Notes: a model not told the origin generated them from the letters alone. 64,000 bases of DNA from a virus (IMGVR_UViG_3300025789_001553:1-64000); one strand, 5' to 3'; counted from the stretch's first letter, positions 39,120-47,624 are shown. A program made the numbers and translations.

Positions 39120-39502
39120 GGGCCTGTACCAGATTCGACTCTGTGGCAGATGTATTAGAAGCAAGCAGGATTAGTAAATCCTTTATAAATTACTACAAAA
39201 ACAAACGGCATTATTCAAAGCCTCAAGAACGCAGTCGCTTCTGTAATGGATTCATTCAATACAAGCGAAAGCTTCGCACTCGCAGCTGCTTAAGCTCGAT
39301 CGGTTGTAGTATAGATTCTCGCTATATATTATAACCGTCATTTAGCGAGACTGACTATTCAATGGTAGTAGAATAGCAGGAACACTACCAAACAACTTGT
39401 ATATCAGCACTATGGATATACATTTTATTAATAGTGCTAAGCTTGTAGAAACTGATAAGAACGCTACGGAACACAGGGGTGCAACTCCCCTCAGGTCCAC
39501 CA
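39120..39502 (+). ncRNA. ssrA: tmRNA
   Basis: 5' GGGCCTGTACCAGATTCGAC; 3' GGGGTGCAACTCCCCTCAGGTCCACCA; acceptor stem with G3-U wobble; tag frame 39207-39293 ends FALAAA-stop. Confidence 0.92.
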
Positions 39503-39506
39503 TTTT

Positions 39507-39610
39507 ACGGCTGTTAAGGTGACACTATAGGGATCAAGGATGTAAACTTTTTTCACCTTTCTGTTTACGGTATCAACGAATTGGCACTCGAGCTTGCAAC
39601 CTATAGCCGT
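39507..39610 (+). ncRNA. unidentified structured RNA in the tRNA array
   Basis: Ends pair (ACGGCTGT/ATAGCCGT); internal GTAAAC/GTTTAC and CAAG/CTTG helices; flanked by T-run spacers like the tRNAs. Confidence 0.5.
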
Positions 39611-39622
39611 TACATTTTTTTT

Positions 39623-39707
39623 GGGTATATCGTATAGCGGCAATTACGGCAGACTGTAAATCTGCTGCCTCTCGGCTTCCTTGGTTCGAGTCCAAGTGTA
39701 CCCACCA
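39623..39707 (+). tRNA. tRNA-Tyr(GTA)
   Basis: GCAGA-CTGTAAA-TCTGC anticodon arm, long variable arm, GGTTCGAGTCC, CCA. Confidence 0.95.
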
Positions 39708-39711
39708 TTTT

Positions 39712-39786
39712 ACGGACGTGGTATAACGGTCGTGCAACAGTCTCCAAAACTGTCTTATGAGGGTTCAACTCCTTCCGTCCGTGCCA
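39712..39786 (+). tRNA. tRNA-Trp(CCA)
   Basis: ACGGACG/CGTCCGT acceptor, ACAGT-CTCCAAA-ACTGT, GGTTCAACTCC, CCA. Confidence 0.93.
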
Positions 39787-39793
39787 TTTTTTT

Positions 39794-39868
39794 GCCCCTA
39801 TCGTCTAACGGTTAGGACATCGGATTTTCATTTCGCTAATCGCGGTTCGATTCCGCGTAGGGGTACCA
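39794..39868 (+). tRNA. tRNA-Glu(TTC)
   Basis: GCCCCTA/TAGGGGT acceptor, loop TTTTCAT, GGTTCGATTCC, CCA; weak anticodon stem. Confidence 0.88.
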
Positions 39869-40023
39869 GTTTGTAAGTATTTAAAAATACTATAGAAATG
39901 ATAGTTTATTCCTATGGATTTTTTCAATATTATATAAGAAACCTTAACTAAGTATTTGTGCTGGTGACATTATCCAGCATAACAACCAAAGCCCCCGGGC
40001 GGCGGTTCTCAACAAAACAACAC

Positions 40024-40209
40024 ATGCAAGTATTAATTATAACAAGTTATCTTGCTGTTGGTGGTCTTGTTAGACTCGCATACGAGGACTATAAGATAGG
40101 TAACAGTAAGACAAAGTCAAAGTTCGTTGAAAATATTAAAAAGTTTTGGAAAGGGTTTAAGGCAGCTTGGAAAGAAGCTATCTCAGCCCCACACCAACAC
40201 TTATTTTAA
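40024..40209 (+). CDS. small membrane-anchored hypothetical protein
   Basis: ATG at 40024, hydrophobic N-terminus, terminator downstream. Confidence 0.5.
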   Translation: MQVLIITSYLAVGGLVRLAYEDYKIGNSKTKSKFVENIKKFWKGFKAAWKEAISAPHQHLF

Positions 40210-40231
40210 TATTATAAGTTAGAAAAACAAT

Positions 40232-40266
40232 GCCCGGCTTGGAGTAATCTGAGCCGGGTTTTTTTT
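40232..40266 (+). terminator. intrinsic terminator
   Basis: GCCCGGCTT...GAGCCGGGT followed by a T-run. Confidence 0.85.
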
Positions 40267-40298
40267 GATTTTTTAACTATACATTATATATATTGAGT

Positions 40299-40961
40299 AT
40301 GGATCCAGCATCTTTAAAACAACAAGCACCGTTTGAACATTATGAAATATTTGACTTAAACATTTATGCATTATCGCGAGAAGTTATTGAAGGATATAGC
40401 GTGTTAGATCTGGGCGGTCATTATGGTTTATTTGCTAATGCTTGCAGTATGTGTAACCCTAAGAAAATTATTAGTGTAGAAGCTAACCATAATAATTTTA
40501 AAAAGTATTTAGATAATACTAAAGAATTACCTAATGTAAGGTGTATTAATGCAGCAGTTACCTCTAAACCGAACAAGATATTAACTATAAGCAATGAAAG
40601 CGGTAGCTCGATTGTAGGTAAAGGAGAACAGTTAGTTGCTTCTGTTACTCTTGAATCGTTATTAGAGTTATTTCAACCAGATGAAAAATTACTACTAAAG
40701 ATGGATATTGAAGGATGTGAGTATGAAATATTTTATAAAACACACCCTGACGTGTTTAAGAGATTTGATATGATTAAGTTAGAAGCTCACAACTTTAACC
40801 CTGATACTAAAGGAGATGAAGCAACTAAACTTAAAATGTATATTGAAGCATTAGGATTTCATGACACCGTAAATTTTCATGTTTTTTCTCCTGAATATGA
40901 AGACAAGTACAACGGGTTAAAAGTAGCGTGGTCTTACAATTTTGTTAAAAATAATTTATGA
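40299..40961 (+). CDS. FkbM-family SAM-dependent methyltransferase
   Basis: VLDLGGHYG, SVEAN, NAAV, LLKMDIEGCEYEI. Confidence 0.85.
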   Translation: MDPASLKQQAPFEHYEIFDLNIYALSREVIEGYSVLDLGGHYGLFANACSMCNPKKIISVEANHNNFKKYLDNTKELPNVRCINAAVTSKPNKILTISNESGSSIVGKGEQLVASVTLESLLELFQPDEKLLLKMDIEGCEYEIFYKTHPDVFKRFDMIKLEAHNFNPDTKGDEATKLKMYIEALGFHDTVNFHVFSPEYEDKYNGLKVAWSYNFVKNNL

Positions 40962-41593
40962 GCAAATCAACATCAATAGATATTAACTACCTGTCATATG
41001 CATGTGACAAGCAAGGCACGTGTGCATGGTCATTAAGTGCAGGTAGTTCAGATATAGTACAGGTACCTGCACCTACTGATAACAGTACTGTGTTTTTGCC
41101 GTCTAATCCTACATCTTTTGCAAGTATACTTAAACTTGCAGATAATGCAATTATTAATCTTTCTGGTTTAGTGGTAGATCAAGCAAATGAAAATGCAGTA
41201 GATGCAAATAATAAAGTTTCAGCTACACTTGAAGGAGTGTTTGGTAATTCTACACCTGGTATCGGTAATCAAATTTTTAGCGTAAAAGGTAGTAGTAGTG
41301 TCAGTATTAGAGGTACGTTAAAAGGAGCGGGTAACCGATTAAAAGCTGATGTACTTGTAGATAACTGGTCAGATCAAGATTACGGGCCAAGCACAGTCGA
41401 CTTAACACAAGCTAAACACGAAACAGGTAGAAAGATAAACGTAGTGTACCGTATCGGTTCAAGTAAGATAATAGGGAATTGCAATAAATTACTGTTACCT
41501 TCATTTGGTTTGACATTTTATTTTTATATCAAATTAATTGTTCGTAAAGTGATGAGTATCAAGCAGGGACAGAAGGGACCAAGCTGGCTTTAA
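40958..41593 (+). CDS. hypothetical beta-rich protein
   Basis: 211 aa; ENAVDAN; hydrophobic C-terminal segment. Confidence 0.55.
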   Translation: MSKSTSIDINYLSYACDKQGTCAWSLSAGSSDIVQVPAPTDNSTVFLPSNPTSFASILKLADNAIINLSGLVVDQANENAVDANNKVSATLEGVFGNSTPGIGNQIFSVKGSSSVSIRGTLKGAGNRLKADVLVDNWSDQDYGPSTVDLTQAKHETGRKINVVYRIGSSKIIGNCNKLLLPSFGLTFYFYIKLIVRKVMSIKQGQKGPSWL

Positions 41594-41660
41594 AAATCCT
41601 AAATTAAAAAAATATTAAAAAAATTTGCTATTTGTTGATTATAATATATAAATATAGCGT

Positions 41661-42428
41661 ATGAAGAAACTATTAACATTCCTCGCATTAGTATCATTAA
41701 CCGTAGCAGCTGTTGCTCAAACTGCAACAGTACTATCACCTGTTAAAGGTGTTAGCGTAAATGCTGGTTTTGATTCTAAGCTTATTGAACAAGGCGCAGT
41801 AACTGGCAACGATTATATCACTGCTGGTGTTGGTCTTGATGTATATAGCGTTGACTTAGCTGTTGAAACGTTTAGCCGTTATAATGGTTTAACGAAGTAC
41901 AGTACCGCTACAGTAGCTGGTAAATCAGTTACAACTGCAAGCACAGATGCTTCCGGTTTAAAGCGTACTTACTTAACAGCAGGTTATGTTTTTACATCAA
42001 ATCTTGCTGACCTTACATTAGGTGCACAGCTCCGCCATGCTCAAGGTACAGAAACCTTAGTTGGTGGTTTATCCAATGACACATTACCATTCGTTAAATT
42101 AAATGGTAAGCTTTTTGGTGGTGCTCTATTGTGGGACGGTATCGCTCTTGATGACACTAAGAACCGTAGCAACAACTACGAAGCAAATCTTCGCCTACCA
42201 TTAGGTGTTGGTTACGGCTTAAAAGTTGTTCCTGCAGTAGGTCTTGGTTTCAACGATCCAGGCGCAGCTACAATTGCAGCTCTTAAAGCAGACAAAAAGT
42301 ATGCATCGGCTGGTATCGGTCTTGCATTCAAGGGCTTAGAAGCTAACCTATTCGCACAACGTGGCGATGTTACAAGCTCAGCAACACAAGTTACTGGTTA
42401 TACAGTAGGTTATACCTACAAGTTCTAA
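41661..42428 (+). CDS. outer-membrane beta-barrel-like protein with signal peptide
   Basis: Sec signal MKKLLTFLALVSLTVAAVA, alternating amphipathic strands, C-terminal beta-signal GYTYKF; TATAAATA at 41647-41654. Confidence 0.75.
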   Translation: MKKLLTFLALVSLTVAAVAQTATVLSPVKGVSVNAGFDSKLIEQGAVTGNDYITAGVGLDVYSVDLAVETFSRYNGLTKYSTATVAGKSVTTASTDASGLKRTYLTAGYVFTSNLADLTLGAQLRHAQGTETLVGGLSNDTLPFVKLNGKLFGGALLWDGIALDDTKNRSNNYEANLRLPLGVGYGLKVVPAVGLGFNDPGAATIAALKADKKYASAGIGLAFKGLEANLFAQRGDVTSSATQVTGYTVGYTYKF

Positions 42429-42451
42429 TAAAACTTAGATATTAATCATTT

Positions 42452-42484
42452 AAAAACCTCTCATTTCGGTGAGAGGTTTTTTTT
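42452..42484. terminator. bidirectional intrinsic terminator
   Basis: AAAAACCTCTCA-tttcgg-TGAGAGGTTTTTTTT between convergent genes. Confidence 0.85.
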
Positions 42485-42685
42485 ATGTTCAGAAATATGA
42501 AATTGCATTGCTCTATTGAGCTTATGTAAAAACTTATCTGGTGCAATACCAGCCTTTTCTTGCAATATTAGCTCTTCTTTCAGAGCTTTCAAAAAACTCT
42601 TAGACAGATTAAAATCTCGAGGATAAAAAATCCTTTTTTCCTGTCTAATCATACCGTAGCTTTCCATTAGTTCTTGAAATTTCAT
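42461..42685 (-). CDS. hypothetical protein
   Basis: Likely start MKFQELMESYG at 42685, TATAAATA upstream. Confidence 0.5.
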   Translation of the reverse strand: MKFQELMESYGMIRQEKRIFYPRDFNLSKSFLKALKEELILQEKAGIAPDKFLHKLNRAMQFHISEHKKNLSPK

Positions 42686-42797
42686 AAATTGTTTATTATA
42701 TTTATACCTACACCATGAATATACCCTATTTAAACATAAAAAATCCAAAGTTTATACTTGATTAAGTAAAAATATGGTATAACATAGTATTACACCT

Positions 42798-43295
42798 ATG
42801 AGTAAAGAAGAATACGTTAAATTACAAGCTGTTATTGCAGCTTTACAAAAAACTGTAGAAGATCAAGAAAAGATCGATGAGATTATTGAATTATTATCCG
42901 ATAATACGGTAGCTGTTGATGAAACTGCTACACCTGAACAAGCTTTAGATGAAGCTATTAACAATAACGAGGAAAATGATGGTTCAGATGAGCCTAAAGT
43001 AAAGAAACAATACGTAATGCTTGTTTCTGACACGACTGGTATTATTGATAGAGATCTTACCGGTTGGGTACTTCAAATGCCTGAAGATGAAGACGTGAGA
43101 GACGTAGTAGATTGCATTAAAAAAGGAGCTTATAATTTTAATGCATCTAAGAAGGGTCAAAAATACCCTGTTACCTCTATCGGACAAGCAATTGCTAACG
43201 TTGGTAACAAGTTTTTTAAGCCTTATAACGTGAGTATTAAGACTAAAGAACCTATTCTCATCGTTACTACTAATAACGTTTTACCTCGAGGATAA
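42798..43295 (+). CDS. hypothetical protein
   Basis: 165 aa; TTGATT...TATAAC promoter-like sequence upstream. Confidence 0.6.
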   Translation: MSKEEYVKLQAVIAALQKTVEDQEKIDEIIELLSDNTVAVDETATPEQALDEAINNNEENDGSDEPKVKKQYVMLVSDTTGIIDRDLTGWVLQMPEDEDVRDVVDCIKKGAYNFNASKKGQKYPVTSIGQAIANVGNKFFKPYNVSIKTKEPILIVTTNNVLPRG

Positions 43296-43297
43296 AT

Positions 43298-43495
43298 ATG
43301 TCAGGAAAAGGCTCAAAACCACGTCCTTTTTCGGTTTCTCAAGATACATTTGGAGAAAATTGGGACAATATCTTTAAAAAGAAGCAGCCTGATCACGATA
43401 AACATATGGCTGCTACTGATTGGTCCCAAATGTTAGGTGAATTACCGGAAGATTACAATAAAACCAAGAAAAAATTAAAAAAACTACCTGGGTAA
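43298..43495 (+). CDS. small phage protein
   Basis: GKGSKPRP...F..NWDNIF N-terminal motif recalled from other phage small ORFs. Confidence 0.6.
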   Translation: MSGKGSKPRPFSVSQDTFGENWDNIFKKKQPDHDKHMAATDWSQMLGELPEDYNKTKKKLKKLPG

Positions 43496-44326
43496 TATGA
43501 ATCCAGTCGGGTCATAAACCGCTGGACATATTTTCCACCCTTCACAGTACACATCTTTTGGGTCATATTCCCTTAAGATGTCAGGACCAAACCAAACCCC
43601 AGGAGCAATAACTGTTTTGTTGGGGTTTTTTGATAGATAAGCACCCCACCAGGTGAAAGTTGAGTTAGAAATTACAAAATTTTGACATAATGACAAGAAC
43701 CAAAGAGCTTTATACGGTTCATATTCTACAAAAACTGTGTTTGGAAACTTAATATTCTCTCTACACCATGGAATATCATCGCTTACTACAAAAATTGTAT
43801 CAACTTTTGGTAGCATTTGGTATGCTTTCTGCAAATAACCAGCAGTAACTACTGGATGACGTGTGGGAAATGTTAAAAAATCACCTCTACGTACATTAAT
43901 TACAGCATTTGTACCGTTTACTAATTGAGGATATGTGCGTGTAGCTTCTTCAATAAACTCTTGAGTAGGCCCGAACAACTGTTTTACATTTTCTGAATGA
44001 TCTTTAAAGAATTTTTCACTTTCAAAGTACCCTCTAAACACGGTTGGTAGTGTGTCATGTGGTTTATATTCAGTATAATGATATGTTGAATTTATCGTAT
44101 GCACTGCAGGTGTAGCATCTGGTGCTTTAGGTATAATAAAATCTAATTTGCGATGTACAGTGTCGTAGTAGTCACTTGTAGATGTTTCTGCATAAGGTAA
44201 AACTAACTGTCTATTATGTCTTAATGACTGTGCATATGCATTAGCAATTTGAAACATTTGATTACCTAACCGACCTATCAATGTACAGGTAATATAGTTT
44301 GAAGATAAATTTAAGTTTTCGTTCAT
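43484..44326 (-). CDS. alpha-1,2-fucosyltransferase-like (GT11)
   Basis: GRLGNQMFQ, GYFESEKFF, NVRRGDF, SDDI.WC, SNSTFTWWGAYL. Confidence 0.9.
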   Translation of the reverse strand: MNENLNLSSNYITCTLIGRLGNQMFQIANAYAQSLRHNRQLVLPYAETSTSDYYDTVHRKLDFIIPKAPDATPAVHTINSTYHYTEYKPHDTLPTVFRGYFESEKFFKDHSENVKQLFGPTQEFIEEATRTYPQLVNGTNAVINVRRGDFLTFPTRHPVVTAGYLQKAYQMLPKVDTIFVVSDDIPWCRENIKFPNTVFVEYEPYKALWFLSLCQNFVISNSTFTWWGAYLSKNPNKTVIAPGVWFGPDILREYDPKDVYCEGWKICPAVYDPTGFILPR

Positions 44327-44333
44327 TGTATTA

Positions 44334-45008
44334 TTAAAATTTCTTAACTATTGGGGACTTTATAAAGTTTGTCTCCCAATGATCTGTGGTAGGCGCAAAA
44401 CCGTTTATATCTAAATCGCTTGGACTTTGTCTTTGTATTACCGATAACGGGTAAACCACGTATTTGTTGAGTTCGCCTCGCTCACCAAGCCATGTATCAA
44501 CAGGACAATGAAAATGTGGATCATACTGTAAGAACATTTTTAGTCCTTTTCTGTTAAACCCTGTAGCATGATTAGCTAATATATGCTCACACTTAAGTAA
44601 ATTTTCTGACACTTGTTGTACAGGATTATCAAACACATAGCAGCCTAAATAGATTGTATCCCAATCCGGAAAATTTTGTAATTGATCTAATGCATTCTCT
44701 ATATTCTTTAATGAATTAGCATTATAAAATTGTGCATCATCTTCAAGTATTAAAAATCGTTCATAACCTTCTTTTTCTGCTTTTTTAAATATATTTGCAA
44801 ATGTTTCACCACAATAATTGTGAACCATTCTCATGCCCTCTTCTGTAGTAGTATCTTTTACTATAGCTTTTGCATCTATACCAGGCACGCGCTCAAAAAA
44901 GCCTTGAAGGCCGGCATCTTTTACTTCCTTTTCAAATAAAGTTCTTCTATCTGCTCTACGATCAAGATTTATATAATAACCTTTTTGAAAAAATTCATTA
45001 ATTTTCAT
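44334..45008 (-). CDS. GT25-family glycosyltransferase (paralog 3)
   Basis: YINLDRRADRR, ILEDD, WDTIYLG. Confidence 0.85.
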   Translation of the reverse strand: MKINEFFQKGYYINLDRRADRRTLFEKEVKDAGLQGFFERVPGIDAKAIVKDTTTEEGMRMVHNYCGETFANIFKKAEKEGYERFLILEDDAQFYNANSLKNIENALDQLQNFPDWDTIYLGCYVFDNPVQQVSENLLKCEHILANHATGFNRKGLKMFLQYDPHFHCPVDTWLGERGELNKYVVYPLSVIQRQSPSDLDINGFAPTTDHWETNFIKSPIVKKF

Positions 45009-45009
45009 A

Positions 45010-45705
45010 TTAAAACATTTTTACTAAACGAGGTTCAAGTAACTTGTATGCTTCTTCCCAGTGTGATAAGCCAGGCGCTCTACCAAACGCATCGATGTCA
45101 CTCTCCCCGTCTTTTTGCACTACTGCCATCGGATAAACAAAATACTTGTTCATAAATTTTTGCTGACTCAACCACCCATCAAATATTGTTTGTAAAGTAT
45201 GATCGTATCTTTTTAATAGTTTAGGTATAACCTTCTTGTTATAACCTATAGCGTGTGTTGTTAAGAGTATATCCGGTTTTAAAAGGTTTTCTGATACATG
45301 TTTTACTTTATCATCTACTACGTAACCACCGAAGTATACCATGTCCCAGTCTGGGAAATTTTGCAATTGATCCAATGCTTTTTCTACTATCTGTAAAGCT
45401 GGTTCAGAACCGTTATTATAAAATAGCATATCATCTTCACATATTAATACACGTTCATGTGGTTGTTCGTTAATCTTTTTAAACAATTCGTATACCGTTT
45501 CACTAAATGCAGCACCTTTATGTACATGTGCTGGTTCATGCACGTACATTGGATACTCTCTTGTTAAGTAGTCAATACCTGCAAATCTTTCAAACCAACC
45601 GTCAAGGTTAATTTTTTTAGCTTCTTCTTCGAACCCCGCTCTACGCTCAGGACGACGATCAAGATTTATATAATAACCCTTTTGAAAAAATTCATTAATT
45701 TTCAT
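45010..45705 (-). CDS. GT25-family glycosyltransferase (paralog 2)
   Basis: YINLDRRPERR, ICEDD, WDMVYFGG. Confidence 0.85.
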   Translation of the reverse strand: MKINEFFQKGYYINLDRRPERRAGFEEEAKKINLDGWFERFAGIDYLTREYPMYVHEPAHVHKGAAFSETVYELFKKINEQPHERVLICEDDMLFYNNGSEPALQIVEKALDQLQNFPDWDMVYFGGYVVDDKVKHVSENLLKPDILLTTHAIGYNKKVIPKLLKRYDHTLQTIFDGWLSQQKFMNKYFVYPMAVVQKDGESDIDAFGRAPGLSHWEEAYKLLEPRLVKMF

Positions 45706-45706
45706 A

Positions 45707-46390
45707 TTACGGTTTTATTATTTTAAATTTTGAATAGCAATCTAACCAATGCTTAATGTCCGGTGATTTACCGAAAGCATCAATATCGCTTTTACCTTCT
45801 CTTTGAGCTACTGCTAATGGATACACAATATACTTAATTATGTTCTTCCTGGCAGCTATCCACTCATCATATATACAATCATGTCCAGGTACATATTGTA
45901 ATAGTTTTTCAAATACTTTTTTATTATATCCAACTGCATGAGCAGTCAGTATATTATCTGCTTTAAGTAAATTTTCAGATACTTGTACACCGGGGCAATA
46001 TTTTAAATAACCACCAAAATATATCATGTCCCAATCAGGAAAATTTTGTAATTGATCTAATGCTTTTTCAACTAATTGTAAACCTGTTTCCTGTCCATCA
46101 TTATAAAATAATATGTCATCTTCGTATATTAAAACTCTTTCATAACCGCTTTCATTCGCTTTTTTGTAAGCATTATAAAAAGCTTCCCCACAAGCCATTC
46201 CTTTGTTTACATATGATGGTTGATTGATAGCATTAGGGTATTGACGGGTAGATACATCAATACCGGGTACACGTTCAAAAAAACCTTCAAGACCTATCTG
46301 TTTTACCTCTTGCTCAAATTGAGCTTTTCGATCTGTTCTGTAGTCTAAATTTATGTAATAACCTTTTTGAAAAAAATCATTAATTTTCAT
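45707..46390 (-). CDS. GT25-family glycosyltransferase (paralog 1)
   Basis: YINLDYRTDRK, IYEDD, WDMIYFGG. Confidence 0.85.
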   Translation of the reverse strand: MKINDFFQKGYYINLDYRTDRKAQFEQEVKQIGLEGFFERVPGIDVSTRQYPNAINQPSYVNKGMACGEAFYNAYKKANESGYERVLIYEDDILFYNDGQETGLQLVEKALDQLQNFPDWDMIYFGGYLKYCPGVQVSENLLKADNILTAHAVGYNKKVFEKLLQYVPGHDCIYDEWIAARKNIIKYIVYPLAVAQREGKSDIDAFGKSPDIKHWLDCYSKFKIIKP

Positions 46391-46442
46391 TTAATATTTT
46401 ATTACAAAATTTTATAAAAACCACGGCGACGGTTTTTACACA

Positions 46443-47624
46443 TTAAGATGTGAGTGAACCAATAAATTCAGCCCACATGTTGCCCACCTTAGCTGGGTTA
46501 AATTTATCTAAAATAAATTTTGTACCTTCAGCGCGTACTTTTTCTTTTAAATCTGGATTAGCTTCGAGGTAGTTTACTGCATCAATAATTTTTTTAGTAT
46601 TATTTTTAAATGCTCCTTCAGTATCTTTAGTTAAAGATTCTTTTTGTATAACATTAACATCTTTACCGTCAGGTAATTCAACCCACTTACAGAAACCTTC
46701 GAAATTTTCTGGTAATGCACCGAACGGGTAAGTTACGGGTATAGCGCCTAATGCAATTGCTTCAGCAACTACACATGAGAATGTGTCTTTATGCACATCC
46801 TGATAAGGTGTATATAAAGGATATATAAAATACTCACTTTCTGCTATATGTGTAAATAGTGTTTTTCTATCTACCCCATCATGCTTATAAAAGAATTCAT
46901 CCTGGTGAGGGTGCGTACATAATAGATAGTCAAAAGCGTGTAGTTCAACATCAGGCCAGTTTAATTCTCTTGCAACTTGTATAGCTACATCACCACCACG
47001 CGCCCATGCTGCATGAAACACAATCTTATGCTTTTTTCTCTCTGGTTTACTATTTAGTACTTCGCTAACTACGTCATCCATTATCGGGTTAGGAATTAAT
47101 GTACTTAAAGTACCAGGATAACGAGTTTTAGCACTTGCTACAGTACCCTCATTCATTGACTTTTCCCACTCAGAAATATTAACAAACCCTAACTTTAAGT
47201 TATTGTCATTAGCATAATTAATAATTTCATCAATACCATATATCCATTGCATATGGTTCCAGTATATTAATGCTTTAGTAACTTTTATCGGTAGTTTTTT
47301 ATAATCATGAAACCAAAGACTACTAACTAACACGTCAAACTCTTTATTTTCAATATTAGTAAAGTCAATATCGGTATAGTATACACCTCTTACTTTTTTA
47401 CCTTGATTGAAGTGAATACCTTTTTCAGCGTACTCAGCTTCAAGTCCAGGTTCAAGCTTATCAGAAGTAACAACAACTTCATGACCTTGCAAAGCCAATT
47501 GCTCAGCAACTATGATGGTGCTTCCGTCTGTACCAGAACCACCACCGTTACCATAACGAAGAGTTTCTCCGTCTAAGTAGTTACTACGCCGACTGTTACC
47601 GATTAAGATGAATGCTATTCTCAT
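46443..47624 (-). CDS. GT4-like glycosyltransferase
   Basis: GGGSGTD, DTFSCVVAEAIALG..P.....GALPE. Confidence 0.8.
   Translation of the reverse strand: MRIAFILIGNSRRSNYLDGETLRYGNGGGSGTDGSTIIVAEQLALQGHEVVVTSDKLEPGLEAEYAEKGIHFNQGKKVRGVYYTDIDFTNIENKEFDVLVSSLWFHDYKKLPIKVTKALIYWNHMQWIYGIDEIINYANDNNLKLGFVNISEWEKSMNEGTVASAKTRYPGTLSTLIPNPIMDDVVSEVLNSKPERKKHKIVFHAAWARGGDVAIQVARELNWPDVELHAFDYLLCTHPHQDEFFYKHDGVDRKTLFTHIAESEYFIYPLYTPYQDVHKDTFSCVVAEAIALGAIPVTYPFGALPENFEGFCKWVELPDGKDVNVIQKESLTKDTEGAFKNNTKKIIDAVNYLEANPDLKEKVRAEGTKFILDKFNPAKVGNMWAEFIGSLTS

Noticed and set aside
39143-39334. 63-aa ORF in the ORF track
   Set aside because: Lies inside the tmRNA; the meaningful frame is the tag at 39207-39293
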